The position numbers and the translations under genes are program-made. The notes under the pieces are model-generated. The model had not been told where the DNA came from, did no database searches, and saw only the letters and a program-made list of their open reading frames with translations. Of a DNA stretch of 48,966 nucleotides, positions 47,231 through 48,966 are shown piece by piece. The first letter of the stretch is position 1. Every line of letters starts with the position of its first letter. Source of the stretch: Chromatiales bacterium (GTDB taxonomy: Bacteria; Pseudomonadota; Gammaproteobacteria; Chromatiales; Chromatiaceae); NCBI GenBank assembly GCA_024762485.1, contig JANTHH010000001.1:1-48966 (forward strand), written 5' to 3'.

Positions 47231-48811
47231 TTATTTGACGACAGGCGCATCGGTGAAGGAGTGATACGGCGCGGGTGACGGCAGGGTCCATTCGAGGCCC
47301 TGCGCCCCTTCCCACACCTGGTCGGACGCCTTTTCACCGCCCCGGATCGTCTTGAATACGACATAGGCAAACATCAGCTGGGAAAGGCCGAAGACAAAGC
47401 CACCGATGGACGAGATCATGTTCCAGTCCGCGAACTGAACGGAGTAGTCGGGGATCCGCCGAGGCATGCCGGCAAGGCCGAGGAAGTGCTGCGGGAAGAA
47501 AAGCACATTCACCGAGATCGTGGAGATCCAGAAATGCAGTTTACCGAGGCGCTCGTCATACATATTCCCGGTCCACTTCGGCAGCCAGTAATAAGTGGCT
47601 GCCATGATCGAGTAAACCGCTCCGGTCACCAGCACATAATGGAAATGGGCCACCACGAAATAGGTGTCATGGTACTGGAAGTCAGCCGGTGCAATCGCCA
47701 GCATCAGGCCCGAGAATCCACCGATGGTGAACATGAAGATGAAGCCGATGGCAAACAGCATCGGCGTCTCGAAGGTCATGGAACCCTTCCACATGGTCGA
47801 CACCCAGTTGAACACCTTCACCCCGGTGGGCACGGCGATCATCATGGTGGCATACATGAAGAACAGTTCGCCCACCACCGGCATGCCGACGGTGAACATA
47901 TGGTGCGCCCAGACGATGAAGGACAGGAAGGCAATCGATGCGGTCGCGTAGACCATTGAGCTATAGCCAAACAGGGGCTTGCGCGCAAAAGTCGGAACGA
48001 TCGCCGAGACGATACCGAATGCCGGCAGGATCAGAATGTAGACCTCGGGATGACCGAAGAACCAGAAGATATGCTGGAACATCACCGGGTCACCGCCGCC
48101 CGCCGCACTGAAGAACGAGGTACCGGCAAACTTGTCGGTCAACAACATGGTCACCGCCCCGGCCAGTACCGGCATGGTGGCGATCAGCAGATAAGCCGTG
48201 ATCAGCCAGGTCCATGCGAACAGTGGCATCTTCATCAGGGTCATGCCCGGTGCACGCATGTTGAGTATGGTCACCACCACGTTGATCGATCCCATGATGG
48301 ACGAGATACCCATCAGGTGGATGGCGAATATCACGAACGGGAATGCCGCCCCTGTCTGCAGCACCAGTGGCGGGTACAGGGTCCAGCCGCCCGCGGGCGC
48401 ACCACCGTCCATGAAGAAGGTGCTGATCAACAGCGTGAAGGCAAAGGGAAGGATCCAGAAGCTGAAATTGTTCAGCCGTGGCAGTGCCATATCCGGCGCG
48501 CCGATCATCATCGGGATCAGCCAGTTTGCCAGGCCTGTGAAGGCCGGCATCACCGCACCGAAGATCATCACCAGGGCGTGGACCGTGGTCATCGAGTTGA
48601 AGAACTGCGGATCGACCAGCTGCATGCCAGGCTGGAACAGTTCTGCACGGATCACCATCGCCATCGCACCACCGATGAAGAACATCAGCAGTGCCAACAG
48701 CAGATACAGGGAGCCGATATCTTTGTGATTGGTTGTGGTAATCCAGCGCATCAGCCCCTTGGCGGGACCATGATCATGATGCTCATCATGTATCGCGGTT
48801 GCAGTTGTCAT
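47231..48811 (-). CDS. coxA: aa3-type cytochrome c oxidase subunit I
   Basis: 526 aa with [18 protein letters not shown] and the full haem-copper oxidase subunit I pattern. Confidence 0.97.
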   Translation of the reverse strand: MTTATAIHDEHHDHGPAKGLMRWITTTNHKDIGSLYLLLALLMFFIGGAMAMVIRAELFQPGMQLVDPQFFNSMTTVHALVMIFGAVMPAFTGLANWLIPMMIGAPDMALPRLNNFSFWILPFAFTLLISTFFMDGGAPAGGWTLYPPLVLQTGAAFPFVIFAIHLMGISSIMGSINVVVTILNMRAPGMTLMKMPLFAWTWLITAYLLIATMPVLAGAVTMLLTDKFAGTSFFSAAGGGDPVMFQHIFWFFGHPEVYILILPAFGIVSAIVPTFARKPLFGYSSMVYATASIAFLSFIVWAHHMFTVGMPVVGELFFMYATMMIAVPTGVKVFNWVSTMWKGSMTFETPMLFAIGFIFMFTIGGFSGLMLAIAPADFQYHDTYFVVAHFHYVLVTGAVYSIMAATYYWLPKWTGNMYDERLGKLHFWISTISVNVLFFPQHFLGLAGMPRRIPDYSVQFADWNMISSIGGFVFGLSQLMFAYVVFKTIRGGEKASDQVWEGAQGLEWTLPSPAPYHSFTDAPVVK

Positions 48812-48832
48812 CTTCTATCAATCTCCAAGGGA

Positions 48833-48966
48833 TTAACGCGCCGCCTTGACGGCGGAGGGTTGAACAACACTGGCACTGTTGCCCCAGCTGTTACGCTCGT
48901 ACGTGATCACTGCGGCCAGATCGACATCGTTCAGCAGGCCCTTGTAGGCTGCCATCGCCGTGCCAC
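48833..48966 (-). CDS. coxB: Cytochrome c oxidase subunit II, C-terminal fragment (cytochrome c domain tail)
   Basis: The minus-strand frame ends ...GTAMAAYKGLLNDVDLAAVITYERNSWGNSASVVQPSAVKAAR* with TAA at 48833-48835. This is typical of the fused c-type domain tail of CoxB. The 5' end lies outside the window. Confidence 0.78.
   Translation of the reverse strand, partial: GTAMAAYKGLLNDVDLAAVITYERNSWGNSASVVQPSAVKAAR

Overview
This is a GC-rich, densely coded chromosomal window with gammaproteobacterial-type synteny: thiE-hemL, the M16 peptidase pair-rsmD-coaD-fdx divergent from ftsYEX-rpoH, and ubiX / mutM. I support about 47 CDS plus several intrinsic terminators and two sigma-54-type promoters. 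I recognised no rRNA, tRNA, CRISPR array, transposase or integrase. The right third (33.1-49.0 kb) is a contiguous respiratory block: ccoNOQP-ccoGHIS (cbb3 oxidase plus maturation genes) sits directly next to a complete aa3-type cox cluster (coxB-coxA-cox11-coxC, SURF1, Sco-like, ctaA, ctaB). The middle is housekeeping (tex, ggt, a PAS-GGDEF sensor, mutM, ubiX). The unusual part is the left quarter (1.46-13.0 kb). It holds a tightly coupled five-gene minus-strand operon: a coiled-coil protein, a membrane protein with a cytoplasmic Roadblock/MglB-like module and a periplasmic OmpA-type peptidoglycan-binding domain, a Ras/Rap-like small GTPase, a TM-less hybrid histidine kinase, and an Hpt-REC-REC protein carrying degenerate GGDEF and EAL domains. 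Immediately upstream lie a repeat-rich, peptidoglycan-binding lipoprotein driven by a consensus sigma-54 promoter, a LuxO/LuxU-like pair (sigma-54 activator plus stand-alone Hpt), and a divergent MscS-family channel with a near-consensus sigma-54 promoter. I interpret this as a candidate, apparently uncharacterised, envelope-linked GTPase-gated phosphorelay. That reading is inference from motifs and gene order only. All product calls come from motif recognition by eye; no database search was possible.
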